Source: Octopus vulgaris (taxonomy: Eukaryota). Taken from it: DNA of 64,000 bases. Below the pieces are notes generated by a model that saw nothing but the letters and a program-made list of their open reading frames with translations, made no database searches and was not told the DNA's origin. Shown here piece by piece: positions 34,851 to 47,196 of this stretch. The stretch covers positions 186,062,001 to 186,126,000 of the forward strand of contig OX597814.1 of the NCBI GenBank assembly GCA_951406725.2. The letters run 5' to 3'. The translations under genes and the position numbers were made by a program. The first letter of the stretch is position 1. Each line of letters opens with the position of its first letter.

Positions 34851-35754
34851 AAAGGAAAGAATAAATAGACTATGTTATCCCTTGACTTGTAGCCTGGCCT
34901 GAGTGCTTGCAACAGAGTGAAGATGATGACCAAGTAGCATGTCAGGCCTGCCCCTACCCTTCATGTAACATATAAGACCATGCTCTAAACAGTGTATGTA
35001 CTTCTCAAAATAATCCACTTAATAATTCTCTATTCTTATAGTTTAAATACACTGCACTGGAAATAGCTCTCTATTTATACATAAATTAAGAAGCACAACC
35101 TTCTCATTCAACAACTGTCCTGACTCTGAAGTTTAAGCTACACAAAAAAATATTTGTAATTAGAAATAGGGTTGTGTAATTTTAATTAAAGCTGAAAAAA
35201 TATATACAATAAAATGTTTCTTGTTTAAATTACACTTAATTTCTTAATTTTTCTTTTGTCTCTTTTTTTTTTCTTTTTTTCTTTGTTTAATTTTTATTGA
35301 AGTTGACTGCTTGCTACATCAGATACTGTTTTGTTTTTTGGGGTTTTTTTTTTTAAATTAGAAATTCTGTTTAATTATATTTTTCCTTGTTTTGTCTTTC
35401 TAATATTCTTTAATTAAAATTAACTCAGTTCTTTTGAAAATGTGTAGTTACTGATTATAAGCTAGTGCAATCCACTTTGTGTGGATGGAGGCACAGAAGT
35501 GCAGGTTTCTAACCATTCCACTGTCAGCTTTCCATAAGTTAGGAAGGAGAAAAAACAAGCTTGAATAGTAATGGAGAGTGGAGGAGCAGGTGGGGGCAGG
35601 GGAGAATATAGCTTAATTTCATCTTTTCAAGATGAATTACATAATACATCTCTGGAGGAAGAATTAGATTGGTCCATATTGTGTCACAGTTTAGTAAGGC
35701 AAAAGCATTGTAAAATAAAAACAAAGACCCTGAGATCAAGTCAAACCAAATGTG

Positions 35755-36340
35755 GTGGGGTGTATGCATGCATGTGTGTATATGTCTGTGTGTGTGTGCA
35801 TGTGTGTGGGGATGTGTGTATGCATGCATGTGTGTATATGTCTGTGTGTGTGGGGGGGCATGTGTGTATGCATGCACGTTTGTATGTCTGTGTGTGTGTG
35901 TGCATGTGTGTGGGCATGTGTGTATGCATTCACGTGTGTATATGTCTGTGTGTGTGTGCATATGTGTGGGGATGTGTGTATGCATGCATGTGTGTATATG
36001 TCTCTGTGTGTGTACATGTGTGTGGGCATGTGTTTATGCATGCACGTGTGTATATGTCTGTGTGTGTGTGTGGGGATGTGTGTATGCATGCATGTGTGTA
36101 TATGTCTGTGTGTGTGTGCATGTGTGTGGGCATGTGTTTATGCATGCACGTGTGTGTGTGTGTGTTCGTGCGTGTGTGTGGGGATGTGTGTATGCATGCA
36201 TGTGTGTATATGTCTGTGTGTGTGGGAATGTGTTTATGCATGCACGTGTGTATATGTCTGTGTGCATGTGTGTGGGGATGTGTGTATGCATGCATGTGTG
36301 TATATGTCTGTGTGTGTCTGTGTGTGTGTGAGCGTGTGTA
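35755..36340. repeat. GT-derived minisatellite with ~40-55-bp units
   Basis: Repeated GTGTGTGGG(G/C)ATGTGT(G/T)TATGCATGCA(T/C)GTGTGTATATGTCTGTGTGT. Confidence 0.92.
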
Positions 36341-36529
36341 AAGGTTGTTGTTTTACCAACAGAAGCTATAGCTTCAGTGTATTTCCATTTGTGCGCACAA
36401 AACTATAAATTTAGTTTTAGTTTGCCTAAAAAGTAGGGACACCTCATTTCTGTTGGTATTGTTTCTATAAAAACTAATTAACAAAGAACAAAAATCTCTA
36501 GTTTTAATAACCCATTCTTTGATGTGTTA

Positions 36530-36890
36530 TAGTCTGCTGGGTATTGAGGAAGTTAACTGTGAATGAATGGATCATAACAGTGAGATAACGAATTCATGTG
36601 GGTGCTTGTAGTAGTTAGACAGTGCATGGGGAAGATGCACTTGTGCCAGTTTGGACACATGAGGGAAAAACAAATGATGCATACTGAATAGTGTCAGGAG
36701 CTGGTTGTTGATGGCAGCAAGAGATTAGACAAAGGGAAATATAGACCGAGATAGTTGGGTATCAATTAGGATATGCAAGGCACTATAGAACAATCAACAA
36801 ATAACAGAAATAGCTTGGTAAAGAATCAATACAGTGCACTCATACAACCCATGCAAGCATGGGAAAAAAAATTGATGATAATAATGCTGC
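36530..36890 (+). mobile_element. old RTE LINE 3' end
   Basis: Degenerate LCQFGHMR (RLRWFGHV-like), CQELVVDGSKR; tail CAACCCATGCAAGCATGG..GATGAT like family C. Confidence 0.55.
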
Positions 36891-37645
36891 TAATGAGTGT
36901 ACAAAAGGTATCATGACATTTCAGGGAAACAATGCTCCCAGTGTACTACTGTTCACACAACAGATGTTGCTTATAGTTCCCAGCCTGCGCCTATTAAGCT
37001 ATAAATCATCGTCACCATTGTTGTTTATGAAAATTGAAATCATAAATTAACACCAAATAAAAGATACCCTATTTCAGCATCCCAGTCTCAGAGCTGTTAC
37101 TCACTACGGGGTTTTGTTGATGGCTCTTGCAGCTAATTCTAAGTTTAAAATTTCCTTTCTGTTATCAAGCATCAACGAGAAGTGAATGATATCTCCTCTT
37201 CTCTGTAGTGCTTACCACACTCTGTTTTGCAGCTCCATTGCTCTCAAGACCAACAGCTGTGTCATATGCTTTTACCTCAGACATAACTCATAATTCAAAC
37301 AGTTCCCTCCCACCAACAATTCCTTTTTTTTTTTTTTTTTTCTAAAGTTTCTCCATCACCAACTTCATTAAAATTTGTTGTCCCTTAAACACTAACAAAT
37401 CCTCATTCAGTTGGCATGCCAACAACTGGAATTATTTCCTATCTTAACCATGCTTTATTTTTCGACATTCTCCTTTATGAGTGTTACACACGATCATGGC
37501 AGCATGCAACCGTACCACCTCTAAAGAAACTTGATCTTTCAAAACCTACTTACTACTTCTGTATCAATTTACAGCATTTTTAGATAATTGAAATAAATAT
37601 TAATGTTCATTTAGTAGAAAACCTTCAGTATTTATCCTCAACAAA

Positions 37646-37716
<71 letters not shown>

Positions 37717-38086
37717 TTCTCTTTCACTCTCACTCTCACTTGGATTACAAAATGTTCCTTGAAACCTTGGTCAGTAGATGGCATGAGACTTCATAAGCCT
37801 CCAGCCCTAGAAAATTATGATGAAAGGAATTGTAGTTAACAGAATTTGAGGCATACTGACCATTATCACAGTTTATCTAGGCTACTAAGGATTCATACCC
37901 GAAATGTGTTGTGATTCATAATATCCAAAAATGCCATATTCATATTTCCAAACATTGTTCTCTTTTAAAGTTGAGAAATATTTAGAGATAAGCAGCTGCC
38001 GGCTCTTGACAATATAGAATACTGGGAGGAATTAACCTCTTTGTAGCTGCTATAATAGCAACCCAATTTCCCTCAAATGACTCCCC

Positions 38087-38265
38087 ATCATCCTCATCAT
38101 CATCATCATCATTTAGAATCCATTTTCTGTGTTGGCATAGGTTGGACAATTTGACAGAACCTGGAAAGCTGCAGGCCAACACTGAATTCCAGTGTTAGAT
38201 TTTGCATGGTTTCTCCAGCTGGACACCCTTCCTTCTGCCAGCCACTTTACTCTGTGTATTGGGTA
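38087..38265 (-). mobile_element. family C-related 3' fragment (diverged)
   Basis: (CAT)n tail, CAGCTGGACACCCTTCC..CCACTTTAC. Confidence 0.6.
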
Positions 38266-38650
38266 TTTTTTTCTTTACACCCTAAAAAGACAATGTGATG
38301 GTCATTGCTGGAATGCCTTTGATCATATATCTGCTTAGTCTGTGTTTAACCTGGTGCAAAATAATAACATTTATTGCATAGAGGAAAACTAAATGACTGA
38401 TTAAAGAACTTTCCAGCAATCATAATACATGAATCCCTTCCAAGTAGAATTCCCTATTCCTTTTCTTTTCTTCTTTTTTTTTTTCAATATATAAACCAAA
38501 GTTGTTTTACTCTTCAAATTCTTCTAATTTTTGAGGATTTCAATGAAGAATGAGCAATAGATTTTCCCAAGCCATGACATTAAAATATATATGTGTAATT
38601 CAATTTCATTTCAAATATAAAATTAAAAAAGTGATTTAGTATGCCACAAA

Positions 38651-38759
38651 GTTTAGTGACTTATCTTAAAAGTGATTTAGGTTTAGTGACTTATCCTAAA
38701 AGTGACTTAGATCTAGTGACTTATCTTAAAAGTGATTTAGGTTTAGTAATTTATCTTAA
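38651..38759. repeat. 30-bp tandem repeat, ~3.6 copies
   Basis: Unit GTTTAGTGACTTATCTTAAAAGTGATTTAG. Confidence 0.9.
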
Positions 38760-38891
38760 CTATTTCTTTCCCTTCAGTGTTACCATTGCAAACACTACTA
38801 GTAATGCCTTCATATTTCTTTATTACTACTGTAATAAAGTGCAGTGAGTGGCAGAAACAGTGCATCAGGAAAAGTTACTGACATCATTTAA

Positions 38892-39727
38892 CCCCTTAAA
38901 GGATTATCCCGAGTTTACTCGTGCATCGCAAATGTAACTTTTTAGAACCAGACGAATATACTCGGTTAAAATTAACTTTTAATTTTAGCACACAAACAAG
39001 TTCATTTGTTTTGTGTTGTTTCATTTTTGAGCAATCACAAATTTACTCGCGTTTTCGTACACCTGGCAGCACATATTCTGGCACCATTTCAAAGAATGTA
39101 TGCTTCTGAGTTTTGAACTTTTACTTCAGTGCATACTCAGATTCAGGAGGAGGTTGATGTCATTTTAGAACCGTCTCATTTTGATTCTCTATTATTTATA
39201 CAAATAAGAGAATTATTTACGCATTTTTTTTTTCTCAAAATGGATGAAGATTTAGATATATTCAGTGATCACAAAAGTGATTTTTCATTTCACGATCTGG
39301 AAAGCTCTGGGGATGAATTAGACACATGTGCAAAATGCGCAGAGAAGAGAGACGCTAAAGGAAAGAATATTCAAAGAGAAAGCAGATACATGTATGATGT
39401 CTGCAAGATGACTTTGTGTATAACTCCTTGTTTTAAATGTAATCATTCTAAGTAAACTGTCTATCTCATTTTTTAAAAATTTTCCTTTGATTTAAAAGCA
39501 ATACATCTTATAAAAAATTGAAGATAGTTAAGTTATATGTATTTTTTCAATATTCAAGTTAACTCGTTTAAATCCAAATGAGTAAAATTTCTATAATAAA
39601 AAATTAAGGAAACAAGATAAAAAAAACGTTTTTTTGTAATTAACACAGTGTATATAATTAAAAAAGGAAATTAAAAAATATGCTCTGAAATGAAACGCCA
39701 TGTCAAAATAATTCATCCATTAAGGGC
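38892..39727 (+). mobile_element. non-autonomous piggyBac (836 bp) with both ends
   Basis: TTAA TSDs at 38888-38891 and 39728-39731; 13-bp TIRs CCCCTTAAAGGAT / ATCCATTAAGGGC; same family as the 23689 copy. Confidence 0.92.
39240..39455 (+). CDS. 71-aa in-frame fusion of the piggyBac transposase acidic N-terminus and Cys-rich C-terminal domain (expression unknown)
   Basis: MDEDLDIFSDHKSDFSFHDLESSGDELDT-CAKCAEKRDAKGKNIQRESRYMYDVCKMTLCITPCFKCNHSK*. Confidence 0.4.
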   Translation: MDEDLDIFSDHKSDFSFHDLESSGDELDTCAKCAEKRDAKGKNIQRESRYMYDVCKMTLCITPCFKCNHSK

Positions 39728-40212
39728 TTAATTTCATCTCTCTATACTCAGTGTTTTAATTTTGTCAGTCAACTTCACCTCTAAGTTTATAGAAATATGC
39801 ATAGGTGTGAAGGCAGAGCTGCCTTAACAGCATTGAAAAATCAATGCACTGAGTCCTATAGCATTTATTTATTGATTGACAGCAAGCCACAATATGCATA
39901 GGTCAGAATTGGGCCCCTAGACAACAGCTCAGTGTACCCATGCTCTAAGATGACCTCAAATGAGGGAATGGCTTGAACAACTATACTCTTCCTTTAGTAT
40001 ATATAATACACCACAAGTATGAAATTTCATAAAAATGTTTATTTTCATAGGTAAAGTACATGGCAAATACTGATTTACATTTCATTTCCCTCTAGATTCT
40101 ATTCATATGAATAAGAATTTACATCAGTTTTTTAATTCCTTGATCTTGATATTTTTGTAAATATATGTAATACCTATAGATCACAGATGAGGGTAGGACT
40201 TAGTATATTTTC

Positions 40213-40690
40213 GAAATCAATTTCAATGACTGGCATCCGTGCTAGTGGAGCACTAAGAGCACCATCTGAGCATGATCGTTGCCAGAGCAGCAAACTGGCT
40301 TCTGTGCTGGTGGCATGTAAAAAGCAGCATTCAAGCATGATCGTTACCAGCATCGCCTTACTGGCACTTGTGCCGGTGGCATGTGAAAAAACATTCGAGC
40401 AAGGTCATTGCCAGTGCTGCTGGACTGGCTCCTGTGCAGGTGGCACATAAAAAACACCATTTGAGCATGGCTGTTGCCAATACCATCTGACTGGCCCTCA
40501 TGCCGGTGGCACGTAAAAGCACCCGCTACACTCTCAGAGTGGTTGGTGTTAAGAAGGGCATCCAGCTGTGGAAACTCTACTAGATCAGATTGGAGCCTTG
40601 TGCAGCTATCTGGTTCGCCAGACCTCAGTCAAATCGTCCAACCCATGCTAGCATGGAAAGTGGACGTTAAACAATGATGATGATGATGAT
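40213..40690 (+). mobile_element. family C element with five internal ~65-bp tandem units
   Basis: Units ACTGGC.CYTGTGCYGGTGGCAYGTAAAAAGCACCATTCGAGCATGATCGTTGCCAG, then the common 3' end and (GAT)n. Confidence 0.88.
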
Positions 40691-41995
40691 AAATTAATAT
40701 AAGGCATCAAGTCAGCAGAATCATTAGAGATTGGTAAAAATACCTTGTATTATTTATATCCAACTGTTGGCTGACATCAACTTTGCCTTTCCTCCATTTT
40801 AGGTTAATAAAATAAAATACCGTTCAAGTTCTAGTGTCAATGTTATTGACTAATCCCCACAAAACTATTAGCCTTGTGACTAAATTAGAAACCATTTAAT
40901 AATTGGTATGCTCACATTATTTAATCAAAAATGATAACATTTTAACAGTTTAACTGTAATGGTTTTTTTGTGAGTTTTTTTTTGTCTTTTTTTGCGGCAG
41001 CGAGGTTTCATCAAATCATCCAGATTTTGTTTCGCCTTCAAGTTTTTCTTTTGTTTTGATTTTAATTTATAAAAGAAAATCGTACAAACATACACACACA
41101 CACTCACACACAAATAGTTGATAGATATAATTTAGAAAAACTGTTAAAAAAAACATAATGTAATATTAGTGCTTTTATGTGACCAGTATGGCAGAAACGA
41201 ATGACAAACAGAAAGTTGAACAGTTCAATAAACAGATTTCTAAAAGTGTTTTTACCAATGAGTCTAATTAGGATTTAAAAGGGCAGGAAAAAGCAGCCTT
41301 TACATGTTTGGCTTTAGCTTTCATTTTCCAGTCTGTGATGAAATAGGGCCTCTTAGTTAATGTCACATTAAAAAAAAATACATAAACATAATTAAAACAA
41401 AATCTAGAATATCTAAGAAAAAGCTGAGCAAAACAGAAAAAGAAAATTCAATGGAAAGACATGTTGCGTTCTGTAATTTTAAGAATTTTAAGTCCACTTG
41501 AAATGTCACTAATTTTGTATTTGAATGTGTTACAAGAACACGAAATATCACTGTCTTCATTGCTAGTTTACTTCAAAGTTGACCAAACCATTGTTCTTTT
41601 GCACAGGAATAAAATCATTATTTGCCAACTGCATATTGATAGTAGCAGCTGTTTTATCTTATTCCTTCTTCAGCCCACCCCCACACCACTTCCATTTTCA
41701 ACCTTCATTCTACTTGGCTTTAACATTCCTACATTTTTTTTCACCCTTTCATTCTTCATTTTCTTTTCTTCTCTCTAACCTTTATCCTTTACTTTCCCTA
41801 TCTAAATCATTCCTTCTCCACCATCACCTCCTCTAACCCCACTTCCTCTGTTGTCAGCAACAACAGGTAAACAACATGTAACTTTGATGGTACTAGTTTT
41901 GTTTCAAGTTTTGGCATTTTTTTTTCTTCGTTGCTGTTTCATTGCCATTCCATGTGACAAAATCTTGTTCTTGTTTACTCATTCCTTTAACATAG

Positions 41996-42095
41996 CTCTA
42001 ATGCAAGTGAAGAGAAAAGAAACTCTATTTATGCAGGTGCAAGATTTCATAAAGTCTTTTACCAGCAGGCAGTAACAAACAGCAGGTTACCACAA
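41996..42095 (+). CDS. candidate internal coding exon (unknown protein)
   Basis: Pyrimidine tract plus TAG acceptor, CAA|GTAAGT donor, one open frame SNASEEKRNSIYAGARFHKVFYQQAVTNSRLPQ; unique sequence. Confidence 0.3.
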
Positions 42096-42402
42096 GTAAG
42101 TCTCGGCTGTCCTTTTGAAGACAAGTAAAATCCCTATTGTATTCTTGTAGCTTATGTATTCCTCTGATATTCAACTAAATATGACAAGAAAAATATATAC
42201 ACATATTTCCATACAATTGCTATCATTTTAACTGTTCACACATGTGCATTCACATAAACATTTTAAAGTTAAAATATATTATTTTCTGTTGCAGTACAAA
42301 TCTTTTCACTTGAATTATACATCACTTTAAAACTAACTGAAAGCAAAAATCTACCCTAATGTCTTGTGGAAAATGTAAATGTATAACAAAGATGTGTATT
42401 GG

Positions 42403-42620
42403 GAAGGCGGCAAGTTGGCAGAACCGTTAACATACCAGGCAAAAGGCTTAGCAGCATTTCATCCATCTTTACATTCTGAGTTCAAATGCCAATGAAGTCA
42501 ACTTTGCTTTTCATCCTTTCAGGGTCAATAAAATAAGTAACAGTTGAATACTGGGGTTGATGTAATCAACTTAACTGCTACCCCAAAATTGCTGGTCTTG
42601 TGACAAAATTTAAAACCAAT
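42403..42620 (+). mobile_element. family B SINE
   Basis: AAGGCGGCAAGTTGGCAGAACCGTTAAC head. Confidence 0.85.
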
Positions 42621-42796
42621 GTTATTTGTTGCGAAGTTATTTTGCCAATAAAACTACTCACACACTAATGTAGGTGCATGAAAGAGCATATATTTAATAG
42701 GAAGAAATATAGAAATTGGGAGAGAGCTAGGAGGATAACAAATCCAAATTCTTGGATAACACCAAAAGATAGTTTAATAATGCAAGGCATTTTTTC

Positions 42797-43171
42797 CAGA
42801 GCAGCTGACTGGCTTCCATGCAATGGCATGTAAAAAGCACCATTCAAATGTGATCGTTACCAGTGCCACCTTACTGGCACATGAAAAACATTTGAGCAAG
42901 GACGTTGCTAGTGCCACTGGACTGGCTCCTGTGCAGGTGGCACGTAAAAAACCCCACTTGAGTGTGGACATTGCCAGTACCAACTGACTGGACCCCGTGC
43001 CAGTGGCATGTAAAAGCACCCACTACACTCTTGGAGTGGTTGGCGTTAGGAAGGGCACCCAGCTGTAGAAACTCTGCCAGATCAGATTGGAGCCTGGTGC
43101 AGCCATCTGGTTCACCAGTCCTCAGTCAAATCGTCCAACCCATGCTAGCATGGAAAGCGGACATTAAATGA
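42797..43171 (+). mobile_element. family C element with four internal units
   Basis: Colinear with 40213-40690. Confidence 0.88.
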
Positions 43172-43260
43172 TTGAAGTTTAAGAATAACTGCAAGCGTAG
43201 ATATGTTATAAGAAGTTTACTTCCCAACTGCATTGTTCCAGGTTCAAATGGCAGTAATTA

Positions 43261-43416
43261 CACCTTGAATTCTATAAGGTATGGACTCGTACAAAGTTTG
43301 TTGTTAACAAAGGAATTTTTGCCCATTCTTCAGCTAAAACAGTCTCCAGTTCTTGTAGTGATGATGGTAGAGGATATTGACTCCTTACTTGTTTTTCTAA
43401 AATGCTCCATAAATGT
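43261..43416 (-). mobile_element. Tc1 transposase C-terminal fragment (same family as 7732-8925)
   Basis: HLWSILEKQVRSQYPLPSSLQELETVLAEEWAKIPL. Confidence 0.8.
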
Positions 43417-43574
43417 ATACAACGAGCTTCTTTCAGTTTCCATCTACCAAATCCGCTCACAAGGCTTTGGCCATCCTGGGGCTATAGTAGAAGACACTTG
43501 CCCAAGGTGCCACGCAGTGGGACTGAACCTGGGACCATGTGAGTCGTAAGCAAGCTACTTACCACACATCCACT

Positions 43575-43578
<4 letters not shown>
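43417..43578 (-). mobile_element. family A SINE 5' half
   Basis: Head to the internal microsatellite only. Confidence 0.85.
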
Positions 43579-43610
<32 letters not shown>

Positions 43611-43670
43611 TATATATACGGTGATAGTAGTGACAGTCGCAGTAGCAGTGGTGGTACAAAAGATATAAAA

Positions 43671-43711
<41 letters not shown>

Positions 43712-44261
43712 CATTGGTGTTGCTGTTGTTGTTATACAATAATAACCAAAGTGCAACCAGAAAAACAGCATCATGCTGAAGGTTGGTGACAGATAAACAA
43801 TATGGATAATAAGAATAGTGTGATGGTTTATCAAGTCTTTGTCTGCATGTAGAAAACACCACCATTACAGTAAATTTATTGTTATTGTTCTGTATTGCAT
43901 GATGTGACGCTGATAGTATTATAGCCATCTATGACAATGGTGATGTATGTGCAATGCTAGGCCAGCCTTGGATTTCAGAAGAAAGTTGCAGTAAACAGTC
44001 GAGGCAGTCCTAAATGCTACATTAATTTGCTTCATGTCAGTGCTACAGATACTCCATTTCTCAAAATCTGCAAGCCTAATGAAGCATAAATTTCCCTAAC
44101 AACCACTGTTTAGTGTGAGTGAGTTGAAGAACTTGATATCCATCATGTGTGCTTCAACCAACTTGTATGATATCCAGTTGGTTATCCAAAGCAGTATGTT
44201 GTGACTATGCCAGACAGCAAATATCCTTTTGCTCATATATATATATATATATCATTATCAT

Positions 44262-44308
44262 TTTATCTAGTTTCAGCTCACGAGCTGTGGCCATGCTGGG
44301 GCACCGCA
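44262..44308 (-). mobile_element. CR1 LINE extreme 3' tip
   Basis: ATCTAGTTTCAGCTCACGAGCTGTGGCCATGCTGGGGCACCGC, as at 11658-11700. Confidence 0.75.
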
Positions 44309-44323
44309 TGTATATATATTTTT

Positions 44324-44727
44324 TTCTCTTTTACTTGTTTCAGTCATTTGACTGCGGCCATGCTGGAGCACCGCCTTTAGTCGACCAAATCGACCCCCAG
44401 GACTTATTCTTTGTAAGCCTAGTACTTATTCTATCGGTCTCTTTTGCCAAACTGCTAAGTTATGGGGATGTAAACACACCAGCATCGGTTGTCAAGTGAT
44501 GTTGGGGTGACAAACACAGACGCACAAACATATACACACACATACATAAATATATATACATATATACGACGGGCTTCTTTCAGTTTCCGTCTACCAGATC
44601 CACTCACAAAGCTTTGGTTGGCCCGAGGCTATGGTAGCAGACACTTGCCCAAGGTGCCACGCAGTGGGAATGAACCCGGAACCATGTGGCTGGTAAGCAA
44701 GCTACTTACCACATAGCCACTCCTGTG

Positions 44728-44729
<2 letters not shown>
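44324..44729 (-). mobile_element. family A SINE, full length
   Basis: Matches other family A copies. Confidence 0.92.
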
Positions 44730-44771
<42 letters not shown>

Positions 44772-45254
44772 CGCACACACACACTTTCTCATACATCTAT
44801 GAGCTTCTTCACAGTTTCCATCTATCACATTTTACTTACAAAGCACGATGAACCCAAAGTTATGGCAGATTATTTGCTTACCCAAGGGGTTGCACAATAA
44901 GATTAATCTTAAACAATTATTTGCCTCTGTTATTTTTTCATCTTAAATATATATTGGCAGGCATAGCTATGTAGTAAGAAGTTTGCTTCCTGATCACATG
45001 GTTATGAGTTCAGTCCTACTGCATGGCACCTGGAGTGTCTTCTAGTCATGGACCAACAAAAGCCCTCTTTACTGCTCTCAGAGTAATCAGACATGTGTCT
45101 CCAGAATCGGCCTTTACAGCCAAAATAGGGCTTGCTACCGCCATCAAAACAACCCCTACAGATCAAAAATGACTTCATCATGTCAAAATGGACTGCCTTA
45201 TTATTTAAGTCAAGTCAGTCTGTTGCTGCTTTCAATTTCATCTGTAAATTACAC

Positions 45255-45286
45255 AGGATCTTCAAGCAAATTTGCTTGAAGATCCT
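45255..45286. repeat. perfect 32-bp palindrome flanked by ACAC direct repeats
   Basis: AGGATCTTCAAGCAAA|TTTGCTTGAAGATCCT. Confidence 0.9.
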
Positions 45287-45364
45287 ACACACCTACATGT
45301 GAAGTCAGAGTAGCAAGAGTCTGACTCAACCAAAATGAAATATCATTAATTTCTACCATACTTT

Positions 45365-45582
45365 TCTTTTTTTGCCCACAGGGGGTCTAAACATAGAGTG
45401 GACAAACAAGGGATTAAGTTGATTACATCGACCCCAGTGTGTAACTGGTACTTATTTAATTGACCCTGATAGGATGAAAGGCAAAGTCGACCTCGGCAGA
45501 ATTTGAACTCAGAACGTAACGGCAGACGAAATACTGTGAAGCATTTCACCCGGTATGCTAACGATTCTGCCAACTTGCTGCC
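45365..45582 (-). mobile_element. family B SINE (Tx1-like tail)
   Basis: TTTGCCCACAGGGGGTCTAAACATAGAG...CTGCCAACTTGCTGCC. Confidence 0.85.
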
Positions 45583-46489
45583 CTACTATACTATTGATGT
45601 GTGTGTGTGTGTGTGTGTGTGTGCATGCGTGTGTGTGTCAAACTTCTTGTCAACCAGTGTTGGTTTGTTTACATTCCTGTATCATAGCCGCTCAGCAAAG
45701 GAGACTGATAGAATCAGTCTTCAGACAAGCCTTAAAAAAAATAAATTTTAGGTGCCATTTGTTCAAGACTGTGCCCCAGCATGGCCACAGTGCAGTGACT
45801 GAAACAAGTAAAAAAAAATACCAAATAATTCAGCTACTTCAAGCTATAATCAGTTATTATGCTTCACCATTTAGGATTGTACACATACTCAGTACTAGCA
45901 AATCTAGTTATCAAATTAAAAAACACAACTCTAAATATATTACAATCATTTTATTTAGTTAAAAGTTTTCTGCAATTATAGTTTTTTATTTTTTATTTTT
46001 TTGGGGAGATTGTTTTTAGTTTGTTTGCTTGTTTTTTTTTTTAAAGCTATTCAGTACCAAAAATGAAGTAAAGAAAATAATTTCATAGATAAAAATAACA
46101 CCTGTCAGTAACGAGATATCTCGCCAATTATACATATTCTTAAATAAAATTGATGTTTGACATGTCTGAAAATTGCTATTTATTACTACTGAATGATATT
46201 AATTAGATTTATTATCTTGTAAATATAAAAGTCTGCTTGTATGTAAAACATGAGTTCTTAAGAATCATCAAGCATAGCAGCATTTAACTAAACTTCCGTT
46301 TTTTAACAGTTAAATTAGCATTAGTATATTTAATGTAGTGAGTGTGAAATAACTGATAAGTGAGATAATTATTGCAACAGCTCAATGTCTAATATTATTT
46401 TAATCATTTTGGAAAGTACAGGAGACTACTCCAGGCATGTTTTGGACTTATTAGACCTCCTCAGCAAAACACACAGTTTACCACCCTCA

Positions 46490-46710
46490 GAACATCAAGA
46501 CAGATGAAATATCACTAAGTATTTCACCCCGCATGCTAACATTTCAATTAGATCGACTCTAGCATGCAACTTGTACTTAATTTATCAACCCCCAAAAGGA
46601 TGAAAGGCAAAGTCAACCTTGGCAGAATTTGGACTCAGAACGTAAAGGCAGACAAAATACCGCTAAGTATTTCGCCCGGCATGCTAACATTTCTTCCAGT
46701 TCGCCACCTA
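46490..46710 (-). mobile_element. family B SINE fragments
   Basis: B head and central domain, partly duplicated. Confidence 0.75.
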
Positions 46711-46909
46711 ATACTTAATATATATCATACAGTGCTAGTGTTTACAATAGGAATCTGTACCTCCTCATAGCTCCTATTTTCAGCTAGTAGACTGAATCTT
46801 TAGAAATTGTCTTTGTTAAACATACAGTTAAGTACTAGCATTTTAGTCTGTTATAGTGTCATATGTGTCAGCCTGAGACTATTAAATTGACAAGTTTGTT
46901 TTAATATTT

Positions 46910-47130
46910 ATCTTTTATCCTTTAATTGTTTCAGTCTTTAGACTAAGGCCATGTTGGGGTACCACCTTGAAGGGTTTTAGTCGAACACATCGACCCTAGG
47001 ACTTTTTAAAGTTTAGTACTTATTCTATCAGTCTCTTTTTTCACACTGCTAAGTTAGAGGGATGTAAACAAACCAACACTAGTTGTCAAGTGGTGACGGG
47101 GGACAAGCATATACATAAAGACACACACAC
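46910..47130 (-). mobile_element. family A SINE 3' half (older subfamily)
   Basis: TGTTTCAGTC..GGCCATGTTGGGGTACCACCTTGAAGG..ACACATCGACCC. Confidence 0.75.
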
Positions 47131-47196
47131 ACATATACTATTTTTCTTAGAAGGTACATGAGACAAAAATGGCTAGTGATAGAATGTAAGCATAAC

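Noticed and set aside
35539-36408. Multiple long Cys/Val/His-rich ORFs
   Set aside because: Stop-free GT minisatellite that is open in all frames.
38641-38847. ORF with a LVTYLKSDLG decapeptide repeat
   Set aside because: A consequence of the 30-bp tandem repeat; no evidence of coding.
40225-40530. CRISPR-like repeat-spacer look of the family C units
   Set aside because: Eukaryotic context, no cas genes, and the intervening segments are homologous to each other and recur in other copies.
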